64,000 bases of DNA from contig OZ242220.1 in assembly GCA_965206745.1 (NCBI GenBank), forward strand, positions 1,312,001 through 1,376,000, given 5' to 3'. The notes under the pieces were generated by a model. It was not told where the DNA came from. It saw nothing but the letters and a program-made list of their open reading frames with translations, and did not search any database. This document shows positions 1 to 8,578 of the stretch, one piece after another. A program made the translations under genes and the position numbers. Within the stretch, counting starts at the first letter, position 1, and every line of letters starts with the position of its first letter. This stretch comes from Nitrosopumilus sp. GTDB taxonomy: Archaea > Thermoproteota > Nitrososphaeria > Nitrososphaerales > Nitrosopumilaceae.

Positions 1-35
1 GTTCTCATTCCATCATAATCCATAGGCATTGCCAT
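1..35 (-). CDS. possible 5' end of a gene running off the window (MAMPMDYDGMR...)
   Basis: ATG at 35 on the minus strand, frame open to the window edge, divergent from the next gene. Confidence 0.3.
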   Translation of the reverse strand, partial: MAMPMDYDGMR

Positions 36-114
36 ACTCTGAACCAACCCAAGTTCTAAAAAAACCAATCTGGACAGATTAATGGTTATAATAGGAATTT
101 CTCAGATAGAAGTC

Positions 115-603
115 ATGATATTTTCAGAATTAGTCGCAGACTTGCAATCTGAGCTGAAAAAGGACTTGGCACAGATCAGGTTTCTTTTAAAAAAAAATCC
201 GGCAATGGCATATACACGAATTGTGGAGATTGGAAAAACAGTTGGGCAGAGGTACAATATCAAATTAATCGTAAACTTTCCAAAGCAAGGCAGAATTGAT
301 GAATTTGAAAAGTATGGGAAGAGAGATCTGAGCATAATCATAGATTATGAGAAGAAGAAATTTCCAATAGGCAGGGAGATCATCAAACAGAAGGCAGTAG
401 AAATGCTAGGAGACATCAAAACAGAAGATGCCTACATGTCTGAAGACAAGGAAGGGATAAGGGTGTTTGCCGATGACTGGAAGATAGACATCCTGCCCCA
501 TTCAGTGCACGTTTGGACCTATTTTGATGACAATGTCACAGCATTTTGCGATTGGTTAATGGAGAATGCCTATGAGGTCAAAAGACAGGGTCTTCCAAGT
601 TAA
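115..603 (+). CDS. conserved hypothetical protein
   Basis: Clean ORF with protein-like composition; ATG 115 (MIFSELVADL) preferred over 82. Confidence 0.75.
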   Translation: MIFSELVADLQSELKKDLAQIRFLLKKNPAMAYTRIVEIGKTVGQRYNIKLIVNFPKQGRIDEFEKYGKRDLSIIIDYEKKKFPIGREIIKQKAVEMLGDIKTEDAYMSEDKEGIRVFADDWKIDILPHSVHVWTYFDDNVTAFCDWLMENAYEVKRQGLPS

Positions 604-959
604 ACATTCTCAAGTTTCTCAACTAGTTGCTGAGCTTCGATATTTTTTGGTTCAAGTTTTGCTATGTATTTACAGCAAGCAAGGGCCTCATCCTTTTGCC
701 CCAAAGCTAGATGCACGTTGGTCTTGAGAATCAGGGTTTCCACATCTTCATTATCTAGCTCAAATGCTTTTTCAAAATACGACAGTGCCTTTGGCGCATC
801 ATCGACGATAAAAAATGCGCTGCCCATGATAAACATGAAATCATGATCATCAGAGTACTCTGATTCTAAATTTTTTCCAAATGCGATGGCCTCGTCATAC
901 TCGCCATCTTTGAGCAGTTTTTTGATACGCCGTTTAGGATGCTTGAAAATGCCAGCCAT
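600..959 (-). CDS. tetratricopeptide repeat (TPR) protein
   Basis: TPR-like helical pattern (GSAFF..DDAPKALSYFEKAFELD; LGQKDEALACC...LEPKN). Confidence 0.85.
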   Translation of the reverse strand: MAGIFKHPKRRIKKLLKDGEYDEAIAFGKNLESEYSDDHDFMFIMGSAFFIVDDAPKALSYFEKAFELDNEDVETLILKTNVHLALGQKDEALACCKYIAKLEPKNIEAQQLVEKLENV

Positions 960-1014
960 CTCTTAATCAACCATTTCATCAATTTACAACAATTTGAATG
1001 TAGAACCTAGGAGT

Positions 1015-2508
1015 CTATTCGTACCATGCTGGGGGTTCAGAATTACTTGAACTTGAGCCAGATGTAGGAACTCTCAAGATTCCCTCTTCGATCAGGAACT
1101 GGATTGCACTGATAAACTCACTGTCTGAGGAACTTCCATCCACCCAGAATCCCACACTAGTCTTGACCCATGGAGGAATCTGCCCCGAGTTGCTAGAGCC
1201 TGAAGAGGTTGGGGGAATTTGTATTATTTCCTCCTTGATCAGGAACTGGATTGCACTGATAAACTCACTGTCTGAGGAACTTCCATCCACCCAGAACCCT
1301 GAAGAGGTTTTGATCCATTCGGGGATTTCTTTGACAGGAATTGTTCCATCCTCGGCAGATATCGGGATAGAGATCTGCAGATAGTCTGCAACAGTTGACG
1401 GAACAATACCCTCAGGGGACAGCCCGTAAATCCAGATCACATATTTTGCAATTCCGGGCTCTTCTTCAACGATAAAATCAAGAAGCGCTTGTCCAGATGG
1501 AGAATAAAGGAAATTTTTGCCATTCTCTTGTGCAAGTGATCTTGATTGTTTCAGATTGTCATCGACAACCAAGAAATCATACTGGACCTGATTCAAAAAT
1601 TCTGTGTCATCAAATTTGCTGATAAATTTGATTAAAAATTCCATCTCACATCCCTGTACAGGATACTCTGGCCCATAGAATATGTGAAGTTGATAGTCAA
1701 AGTTTTTTGTAGGTTTCTTTATGATGACCTCTTTTTCTATATCGGTCTGACATCCGGCTGCTGCAGACTCGTCCAGAGTGGAGACGATTCCATCAAAGGG
1801 GCTCTCCAAAACATTTTCCCGGTATTCTAATAATGTAAATTCATATTCAACGGGAGGAATTCCTTCTGAGACATGGGTGTATGTTTTGGCTTTTATTGGA
1901 AATGGAAAATCATCAGCGATCCAGACTTTGCTTGTGACGCCTCCAGTTTTCCATCCTACTTGAACAGTCTCCCAAGTTCCTGCAGGCACTGTAACAGTTT
2001 CAATGGCCATTGGGACAACTTGTTCGCCACCAATGTTTCCAATCTTGCCCCAAGATGTTGCGGCAAACTCTTTTGGTCCCTTTCCACCAGAGCTATCATC
2101 AGACGTTGCAAATGCAGACAGCCAAACTATAGATGACTTGAATGCGCCACGATAGACACCCAATTCAGGAGTGCCACCTGTTGGCTCGGGGGCAATTTTT
2201 CCAAGCTCCATTTCACCTACAATTACTTTACGTCCATCATACACGACAACTTCAGCCAGCCATTTGGTTTCACTTCCAACTTGTTTATCACCTTTAATCC
2301 ACATATCCAGACCAAATTCAACACACTCGTAGTAATCCACATGACACATGGAGTAAGAAAAGAAATCCCCTTGCTTGAGGCCCTCGCCGGCATACCAAGC
2401 ACCTTCTTTATCCACCCCGCCGGATTGGAACTGCCCAAATGCAGATGGAGCAGACAACGATCCAAAGAGTAATGCAATAGATGAAATTAGCAATAGTGAT
2501 GTTTTCAA
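1015..2508 (-). CDS. secreted/cell-surface protein with two C-terminal thaumarchaeal 'IP.W(I/V)K...GFW.DG..SD.EF..AIQFLI' repeats
   Basis: N-terminal signal peptide; two copies of the repeat domain common in thaumarchaeal exported proteins. Confidence 0.8.
   Translation of the reverse strand: MKTSLLLISSIALLFGSLSAPSAFGQFQSGGVDKEGAWYAGEGLKQGDFFSYSMCHVDYYECVEFGLDMWIKGDKQVGSETKWLAEVVVYDGRKVIVGEMELGKIAPEPTGGTPELGVYRGAFKSSIVWLSAFATSDDSSGGKGPKEFAATSWGKIGNIGGEQVVPMAIETVTVPAGTWETVQVGWKTGGVTSKVWIADDFPFPIKAKTYTHVSEGIPPVEYEFTLLEYRENVLESPFDGIVSTLDESAAAGCQTDIEKEVIIKKPTKNFDYQLHIFYGPEYPVQGCEMEFLIKFISKFDDTEFLNQVQYDFLVVDDNLKQSRSLAQENGKNFLYSPSGQALLDFIVEEEPGIAKYVIWIYGLSPEGIVPSTVADYLQISIPISAEDGTIPVKEIPEWIKTSSGFWVDGSSSDSEFISAIQFLIKEEIIQIPPTSSGSSNSGQIPPWVKTSVGFWVDGSSSDSEFISAIQFLIEEGILRVPTSGSSSSNSEPPAWYE
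1090..1296. repeat. perfect 60-bp direct repeat (1090-1149 and 1237-1296) within the CDS
   Basis: gatcaggaactggattgcactgataaactcactgtctgaggaacttccatccacccagaa occurs twice without mismatch. Confidence 0.95.
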
Positions 2509-2630
2509 ATCTATAAAAAATTGTCAAAACTGATAGTTAAACGTTTTTTAATTATCCAAAAATGAGAAATTGACGGTAAAATCATATTCAAATAGGCAAA
2601 TATAGAGGAAAAAGTGGAGAAATTCCAGAA

Positions 2631-2798
2631 ATGTGCGAATGTTCCAAAGTCCATTTGTTTGAGGTGGAATTCAAGCTAGATGGCATGGCCGTAGTTCCAA
2701 CTCACAAGAACTGTGGATTTGCACTAGATGAAAAGCAGGCTGACAAGTTCCAAAAAGAGCTAGTAAAATCATGGGGTTTTGAGGACGAAGACGAATAG
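2631..2798 (+). CDS. 55-aa Cys/His microprotein (MCECSKVHLFEVEFKLDGMAVVPTHKNCGFALDEKQADKFQKELVKSWGFEDEDE)
   Basis: Translated by hand; CxC and HxxC motifs, acidic tail; below the ORF-track cut-off. Confidence 0.75.
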   Translation: MCECSKVHLFEVEFKLDGMAVVPTHKNCGFALDEKQADKFQKELVKSWGFEDEDE

Positions 2799-2834
2799 TT
2801 AAAAAATAAAAAATTAGTATTGGAACTAGTCCAA

Positions 2835-2978
2835 TTACATATCTTTTGTTGCTTCTTTACAAACGTCGGTACTACATTTGCAATCAGAACTGCATATGCA
2901 GTGACTTTGCATTGCACAATCACACGAATAATCTGGATCGCCGCTGTCAGCTTCGCATCCACATGCTTGATCTACCAT
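2835..2978 (-). CDS. 47-aa metallothionein-like cysteine-rich peptide
   Basis: MVDQACGCEADSGDPDYSCDCAMQSHCICSSDCKCSTDVCKEATKDM: 9 Cys (4 CxC) and 1 His; TTTTAAAATA TATA-like box about 21-30 nt upstream. Confidence 0.7.
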   Translation of the reverse strand: MVDQACGCEADSGDPDYSCDCAMQSHCICSSDCKCSTDVCKEATKDM

Positions 2979-3032
2979 ACTAAACTAGAGATATTACTTA
3001 TTTTAAAAGGTTAGTACGCCCAAAATGAAATG

Positions 3033-3917
3033 CTACGCACTTGAGAGAATTCCAAGGATTTCATCACAGGATCCTCGCACAAGATCTGACTGTTGTAGGA
3101 GAAGATTCGAGTCAGCCTCAACATCAAAAGCGACCTTTAGAATGTGGAAGAGATCCTGCTCACGAGGCAGAGTGTCCTTAATTTTCATAAAATTTCTGAC
3201 ATTCAGATATCCCAAATAAAAATAACAGTCAGAAAGCATCGAGTTTTTTATAAAGAAATCATATTTTTGCCGAATAATTTGAGAGTGATCATTCCCTTCG
3301 ATCAGATCTGAGAAACCGATTGTGGATTTCATCATTCGTTCAAGCAGTGTCGGCGTAGCACGTTCAATCCCAACAGTCCGGGTTACAGTAGAGAGATGTT
3401 TGTTGGTTGGGCTTTTCTTCAGTTTGCGTAGCGAGTCAAGCATGTGAGAGGGACTGATGCGCAGATGGTTAGTTGACAAAATAGATTTGGCCAAATAGTA
3501 GGCGGCGCATTTTTGCCAGCAGGAGGCAAACACATCAGAGGTTTGAACAGATTCAATAGTTTTTTGACAGCAAAATTGGGATTCTATCAGGCAGTTCTTG
3601 GCAAAATCAGAAAATAGCAAAGCATGCTTTTCTTTAATCCTAGATAGCATCATTCGCAGATCCCAAGATTCGTCTTGAAGGATTTCCAATTGCTTGTACT
3701 GCAAGAGTTTTTCAGAGTTGGTTTCTGAGAGGGAAGCATGATGGATGATTGCAAAGTTTTCGTCATATCGGATGATTTTTCCCGGTTCTGATCTTCCATC
3801 AAAAACGAAGATATCATGATCACATGAATCATGGTACATATCAGAGGTCCTGCAACCTCCCAGCCCAATTGGAAAATTAGACAGCGAATTTTCTTCAATG
3901 AATTTTTTCATATCCAT
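3033..3917 (-). CDS. hypothetical protein with an N-terminal Pol-beta-type nucleotidyltransferase-like motif
   Basis: GLGGCR...SCDHDIFVFD fits hG(G/S)x9-13DxD; helical C-terminus. Confidence 0.7.
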   Translation of the reverse strand: MDMKKFIEENSLSNFPIGLGGCRTSDMYHDSCDHDIFVFDGRSEPGKIIRYDENFAIIHHASLSETNSEKLLQYKQLEILQDESWDLRMMLSRIKEKHALLFSDFAKNCLIESQFCCQKTIESVQTSDVFASCWQKCAAYYLAKSILSTNHLRISPSHMLDSLRKLKKSPTNKHLSTVTRTVGIERATPTLLERMMKSTIGFSDLIEGNDHSQIIRQKYDFFIKNSMLSDCYFYLGYLNVRNFMKIKDTLPREQDLFHILKVAFDVEADSNLLLQQSDLVRGSCDEILGILSSA

Positions 3918-4029
3918 ACAGTTTGTTGGGGGTGATTTTTCTATAAAGGAATTAACTGACAAAGTTTTACAAATTCATGCAAAGTCAAAACATTCCCTTT
4001 AAATTAAGATTTAATTTGTTTCCTATCAA

Positions 4030-4104
4030 GCTCCTATAGTGTAGTCCGGTTAAGCATTTTGGCTTCTCAAGCCAAAGACTCGGGTTCAAATCCCGATGGG
4101 AGCA
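4030..4104 (+). tRNA. tRNA-Glu (CTC)
   Basis: Cloverleaf; anticodon arm TTGGC-TT-CTC-AA-GCCAA; GGTTCAAATCC T-arm; GCTCC/GGAGC acceptor stem. Confidence 0.95.
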
Positions 4105-4155
4105 TTCTAATTTCAAGGTTGTTTATTTAAATAACAAAATAGCCACCAAGAACCA

Positions 4156-4812
4156 TTGGGACTAAGGGAAATTGAATTAAAAGAGGAATATCGCTCAGAC
4201 AGGGACGACATCGTGGCAGAATTTTTTCTTCCATGTCTAAGCAATTGTATCGAATATGACAGATGCGTGGATTTTTTGTCCGTTCAGACACTATCCACGT
4301 TCTCAATGGCATTTGATAATTTCGCATCAGGAAAGGCAAAATTAAGGATGATTACAGGACACAGGTTTAGAACAGGAGATCTCACGTTGTTTACAAAGCT
4401 CTTCTCTGAGAAATTTAAAAAGTCCTTTGAGGGAAAACTAATCAAAGATATCAAAATTGAAAAACTTCACAACATCGTAAATCAAGGACAGGTGGAGTTG
4501 AAAATTGCAATCCCCAATTCAGAGAGAATTGTAGATACGTTCTCAGAAAGAATCGGGATTTTTAGGGATGGCGAGGGCCAGATAGTGGCCTTTACAGGAA
4601 CATCCAAAGAGTCATTTTCGTCCCAAACGAGGGACTTTGAATCAGTCGACGTGTTCACATCATGGAATGACAAATCCAGGGTCGAAAGAAAAGTAAAAGA
4701 CTTTGAGGAGTTGTGGGAAAACAAAACAAAGCACATCGATGTTTATGATTTCGTATATGCAGAAGCGCACAGCCTCTTAAAATATTCATCAGAATGGATT
4801 ATGAGAGATTGA
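4156..4812 (+). CDS. stand-alone PLD-like domain resembling the N-terminus of PLD/DEAD-helicase fusion proteins, with degenerate catalytic motif
   Basis: EEYRSDRDDIVAEFFLPCL..YDR, FSERIGIF.D..G..VAFTG.S.ES, FESVDVFTSW...FEELWEN match that family's pattern. Confidence 0.7.
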   Translation: MGLREIELKEEYRSDRDDIVAEFFLPCLSNCIEYDRCVDFLSVQTLSTFSMAFDNFASGKAKLRMITGHRFRTGDLTLFTKLFSEKFKKSFEGKLIKDIKIEKLHNIVNQGQVELKIAIPNSERIVDTFSERIGIFRDGEGQIVAFTGTSKESFSSQTRDFESVDVFTSWNDKSRVERKVKDFEELWENKTKHIDVYDFVYAEAHSLLKYSSEWIMRD

Positions 4813-5365
4813 GAGGTTCTAGTTTGGATCTATTTTCATAGAAATTCATTTTGTTGATTTTGTAGTAAATCACTTCGCCGCGGCGCTCTATGACTGCGAT
4901 GATGGGTTCTTTTCCCATTTGGGTAATTTCTTCAATCTTTTTTTGCAGATTCCCCATCCTTTCTTGCTGTCCCTCATTGAGACCAAAGATCAGGAACTTT
5001 GCGCCTTTTTCACCGAAATGCCCTCGCTCATAGACTCTAAAATCAGAACCGAAACCAAATCCATCTTTTACAACATAGCCCCTGTTCCGAAGATCACGGT
5101 AAATCAGGAATTTGGTGAGAATTTCAGAATCAGTTTTTTGGCAAATACCCATAAAAGTATCAAAGTCAATCTGCTTCTTGCCTTTGTTTAGAATCAGTCT
5201 TTTTGCGTACAACAGAAAAAGAGTTTCAAATGATTTGAGAAATAATTTCTCTTTCTCAACCTCTCCAAACCCCTTCAAACCCAACTCGTGAATCATGTCC
5301 GTATCAGAGACGCATGCTTGATCTAAAATCAACTCTCCATTAACTAACGGGGTCTCATCCATCAT
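4799..5365 (-). CDS. endA: tRNA-intron endonuclease
   Basis: IYRDLRNRGYVVKDGFGFGSDFRVYERG motif. Confidence 0.92.
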   Translation of the reverse strand: MMDETPLVNGELILDQACVSDTDMIHELGLKGFGEVEKEKLFLKSFETLFLLYAKRLILNKGKKQIDFDTFMGICQKTDSEILTKFLIYRDLRNRGYVVKDGFGFGSDFRVYERGHFGEKGAKFLIFGLNEGQQERMGNLQKKIEEITQMGKEPIIAVIERRGEVIYYKINKMNFYENRSKLEPLNLS

Positions 5366-5461
5366 GATGTGAAAATCAAAAGATTTCCATATAAGCATTA
5401 GACAGTACAGATGACATCCTGCTAACCGTTAAAATATGGGCATTTTGGCTTGGTGTATATC

Positions 5462-5971
5462 ATGCACGGTGCCAATTATCGAGATGGAAAGGGCCAAGTC
5501 TTTACAAGAAAAGAGTACATCAAAGGTAAACCGCAGATCAAAATTGCAAAATTCCAAGGCGGTAAAAGAGGAACCTACCAGTATTGCGTTCAGTTGTTGC
5601 TAAATGAGAAAATTCAGATCAGGCACATGGCCATCGAGTCTACAAGGCTGGCAGCAAACAAGACACTGGAAAAAACCACAGGCGAGACAGGATATTACTC
5701 AAGGCTGAGAATTTACCCACACAACCTTCTCAGGGAGAACAAACAGATTGCCACTGCAGGTGCAGACAGGGTTTCAGAAGGAATGAGAAGGTCATGGGGA
5801 AAGGCAGTAAGTTTAGGCGCCAGAGTAAAGCAGGGACAGTGCATCATGGAACTATATGTTAATGGGGATCTCCATCTAGCAGCCGCCAGAAAAGCGCTCC
5901 ACGGATCGTGTGTGAAATTGCCAGGAACACCACGTATCAAAGTGATCGAATGGAACAAATCATCACCATAA
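5462..5971 (+). CDS. rpl10e: 50S ribosomal protein L10e (uL16)
   Basis: RIYPHNLLRENK..AGADRVSEGMRRSWGK motif. Confidence 0.97.
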   Translation: MHGANYRDGKGQVFTRKEYIKGKPQIKIAKFQGGKRGTYQYCVQLLLNEKIQIRHMAIESTRLAANKTLEKTTGETGYYSRLRIYPHNLLRENKQIATAGADRVSEGMRRSWGKAVSLGARVKQGQCIMELYVNGDLHLAAARKALHGSCVKLPGTPRIKVIEWNKSSP

Positions 5972-6226
5972 TTTATCAAAATCAGATCTTTTATTTTTAA
6001 TAAATTCCAAAAACTCTGCAAACTCTTGTTTGGTTGGCTCTCTATTTAGAATTCTCTTAGACTGGTAGTAAAACGCATTGTAAATTCTCCCCACAACGAT
6101 GCCCAGCGCAAAGGACTTTGAGTCGTCAATCTCAGAGAGTGATCGAATCAGTTGTTTGATCTCATCTTTATTTGATAGCGAATCTTGAATTTTTTGCTCA
6201 ATCCTCTTTAGAATGGTTTCATCCAT
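5963..6226 (-). CDS. conserved hypothetical protein
   Basis: 87-aa ORF, thaumarchaeal-type motif FALGIVVGRIYNAFYYQSKRILNREPT. Confidence 0.75.
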   Translation of the reverse strand: MDETILKRIEQKIQDSLSNKDEIKQLIRSLSEIDDSKSFALGIVVGRIYNAFYYQSKRILNREPTKQEFAEFLEFIKNKRSDFDKLW

Positions 6227-6289
6227 GGTACATCTTGATTGGAATAGTTAAAAACAGTTTAATATCCAAATCCAACCTTGAGGGTTGTT

Positions 6290-6366
6290 GCAGTTATAGT
6301 ACAGTCTGGTTAGTACTCGTGCTTGCCAAGTACGTGACCCGGGTTCAAATCCCGGTAACTGCACCA
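6290..6366 (+). tRNA. tRNA-Gly (GCC), with encoded CCA
   Basis: GCAGTTA/TAACTGC acceptor stem, anticodon loop TT-GCC-AA, GGTTCAAATCC T-arm. Confidence 0.95.
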
Positions 6367-6373
6367 CTTTACG

Positions 6374-6799
6374 CTAATTCTTTGGAATCAGGGCATCCCG
6401 AATTATCTCAAGGGCTTCTTGAGCTTTTTCTGGACGCGGCAACTGAACCATAAACACGTTGTCCTTTCCGTAATTGGATTTTGGTGATGAGATGGCAAAC
6501 ATGGATGTCCTTGCCAGAGCCTCAAAAAATGCAAGATGGGTCTTTGCATTGATCAGGAATTTCTCCACAATGGCACCTCTTGAAAAAGTCAGCGCCATTT
6601 CAACAAAGGCATTGCCCAGTCCGTCCTGCAAAATATTCAAATCGGTGTTGATGGACAGAGGCTGTCCTGCCACCTTTGATAGCATCTGGTCATACTTTTT
6701 TCCGTCCAGCTCAATGCATGGAGTCTCTTTTCCATCAAAATCAAAAGTGGTTATTCCGCTGTGCACCTGATCTAGAAATCGTTTCAGTTCATCAGACAT
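6374..6799 (-). CDS. conserved hypothetical protein
   Basis: Clean ORF overlapping the end of the antiporter gene. Confidence 0.75.
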   Translation of the reverse strand: MSDELKRFLDQVHSGITTFDFDGKETPCIELDGKKYDQMLSKVAGQPLSINTDLNILQDGLGNAFVEMALTFSRGAIVEKFLINAKTHLAFFEALARTSMFAISSPKSNYGKDNVFMVQLPRPEKAQEALEIIRDALIPKN

Positions 6800-8120
6800 C
6801 ATCACGTTTTTCCAAAGCAGGAATTATTTTGTCACCGGTTTTTACTAAAAATGGAGAGATAAATGCAGTAATAATGGAGATGATACCAACCAACGGGAAC
6901 AGGAATGCGCTGACTGCGCCTATATCCACACCGACTTTGACAATAACAATCGAGAATTCACCTCGGGGAGCTGCCAGTGTAAAGGCGTTACGCAGTGCCA
7001 GTCCACGCTTCTGTCTGAAGATCAGATTTCCCACCATGTTGCCCCCAAACTTCATTCCTGTTGCAACAGCAATCAGAGCAATGGCCACAAAGATGTAATT
7101 CTCAAGTTGCGAGACGTCCATCAGTGCCCCAACAGAGATAAAGAAGATCGCCACAAACATGTCCTTGATTGGGCTTGAAAGTAATTTTGCGACTTCGGCA
7201 GACTTTGATTCTGCAACCAAGACCCCCGCCAAAAATGCGCCAATTGCCACAGATAGTCCCACAAGATTTGCAAACAAGGCATATCCAAAGCAGACACCAA
7301 GGACACTGAGAAGCAAGATCTCACGGTGTTCTGCTGCTGCAACTCTGTCAATGAGGGGCGGAATTACGCGAGTTCCAACGGTAAATGTGCCCACAATCAG
7401 ACCAGTTGCAACCAACACGACTACAAAGATGGCCTCTATTGATACGGTTCCGACTAAAGCAATGGACTGCAAGGAAGAGATCAAAATGACAGCTATCACA
7501 TCCTCTACAATCAAAATGCCAAGAACCATGATTGATGATTCCTTTTTGATTTTGCCCATATCCTCTAATAATTTTACAATAATTGCAGTACTAGAGACAG
7601 ACAGTGCTGCAGCTATAAACAGTGCATCCATGAACTCCAGGCCTAGTGCGGTGGCAGTATAAAACAGCACGCCCAATGTCAAAAACAGTCCCACGGTTCC
7701 AACGCCAATAGCAACTCTGCCAATACTCTTGATCTTTGCGTACGGGAATTCTATACCAATTACAAACAAAAGCAAGATGACGCCGATTTCTGCAAAAAGG
7801 TTCAAAGCAGAGATATCAGATAAAATTCCAACGCCTTCCAAACCACCAGTGGACAGTCCACCCTCAGGTAAAACCCAAGACCAAAAGGGGGACAGTGGTC
7901 CTATTAGCATTCCAGCAAAAAGATAGCCAATGATTAGCGGTTGCTTGATTTTGAAGAAGGCAAGAGTCACAACTGCCCCGATGATCATGATAAATGCCAA
8001 ATCGGTGACAAAGCTTGTATGTGGCAGTTCGGGAGTCAGCTGCTCAACTAAACTTATGACGGTGTTGTTAAGGGAGTTTTGAATTCCACTTGAATCTAGT
8101 TGAAGTGGAATATTGTGCAT
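6792..8120 (-). CDS. cation:proton antiporter (CPA2/KefB-like)
   Basis: Many TM helices; SVSSTAIIVKLL, GILIVEDVIAV, GAFLAG, PRGEFS motifs. Confidence 0.93.
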   Translation of the reverse strand: MHNIPLQLDSSGIQNSLNNTVISLVEQLTPELPHTSFVTDLAFIMIIGAVVTLAFFKIKQPLIIGYLFAGMLIGPLSPFWSWVLPEGGLSTGGLEGVGILSDISALNLFAEIGVILLLFVIGIEFPYAKIKSIGRVAIGVGTVGLFLTLGVLFYTATALGLEFMDALFIAAALSVSSTAIIVKLLEDMGKIKKESSIMVLGILIVEDVIAVILISSLQSIALVGTVSIEAIFVVVLVATGLIVGTFTVGTRVIPPLIDRVAAAEHREILLLSVLGVCFGYALFANLVGLSVAIGAFLAGVLVAESKSAEVAKLLSSPIKDMFVAIFFISVGALMDVSQLENYIFVAIALIAVATGMKFGGNMVGNLIFRQKRGLALRNAFTLAAPRGEFSIVIVKVGVDIGAVSAFLFPLVGIISIITAFISPFLVKTGDKIIPALEKRDDV

Positions 8121-8578
8121 GTTATCTGTTAGTAAATTTGTTTAAAAATGATTACGGATTGCAATAGTGTCGCTTATGAGTAGTCTTTGTCATGATATGC
8201 CCAATATGCTCAAAAAACACCACGACATCCAGCATCTTATGACGGATTCTCAGGATTTGCTTGCGATTTACTGGCACGTCAGAATGACGTGTCAGTGGCA
8301 GCTGCCATTTGTCTGGCATCACATACAGAGATCCATGTTTCTACAACTTCTTTTAAAAGCATCCAGGGCTCAGATCTGCTTGCCTGTGTCTCTTTAGACT
8401 ATCAATCTACTTTTGTGTCAACGTGCATGCGATCTCTTTTTGCAGCATGGGGGACGACAGCAGTTCTTCCACCGAATTTGGCCTTTCCTAATTGAGGCTA
8501 TGCCATGGTGACCAGTCAATGTTTCACAATTCTTTTTAATACCAAACACATAGAGTTTGTTGAGTGTGATCATACTAA

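Noticed and set aside
1090-1296. Repeat pair as a DGR template/variable repeat
   Set aside because: The copies are identical with no adenine-specific mismatches, both are in-frame within one gene, and no reverse transcriptase is present.
2702-3014. Track ORFs 2702-2962(-) and 2820-3014(+)
   Set aside because: They overlap the two better-supported microproteins in other frames and lack recognisable motifs.
8121-8300. Riboswitch upstream of the cation:proton antiporter
   Set aside because: A TATA-like TTTTTAAA lies about 25 nt from the ATG, implying a leaderless mRNA, and I recognise no riboswitch consensus.
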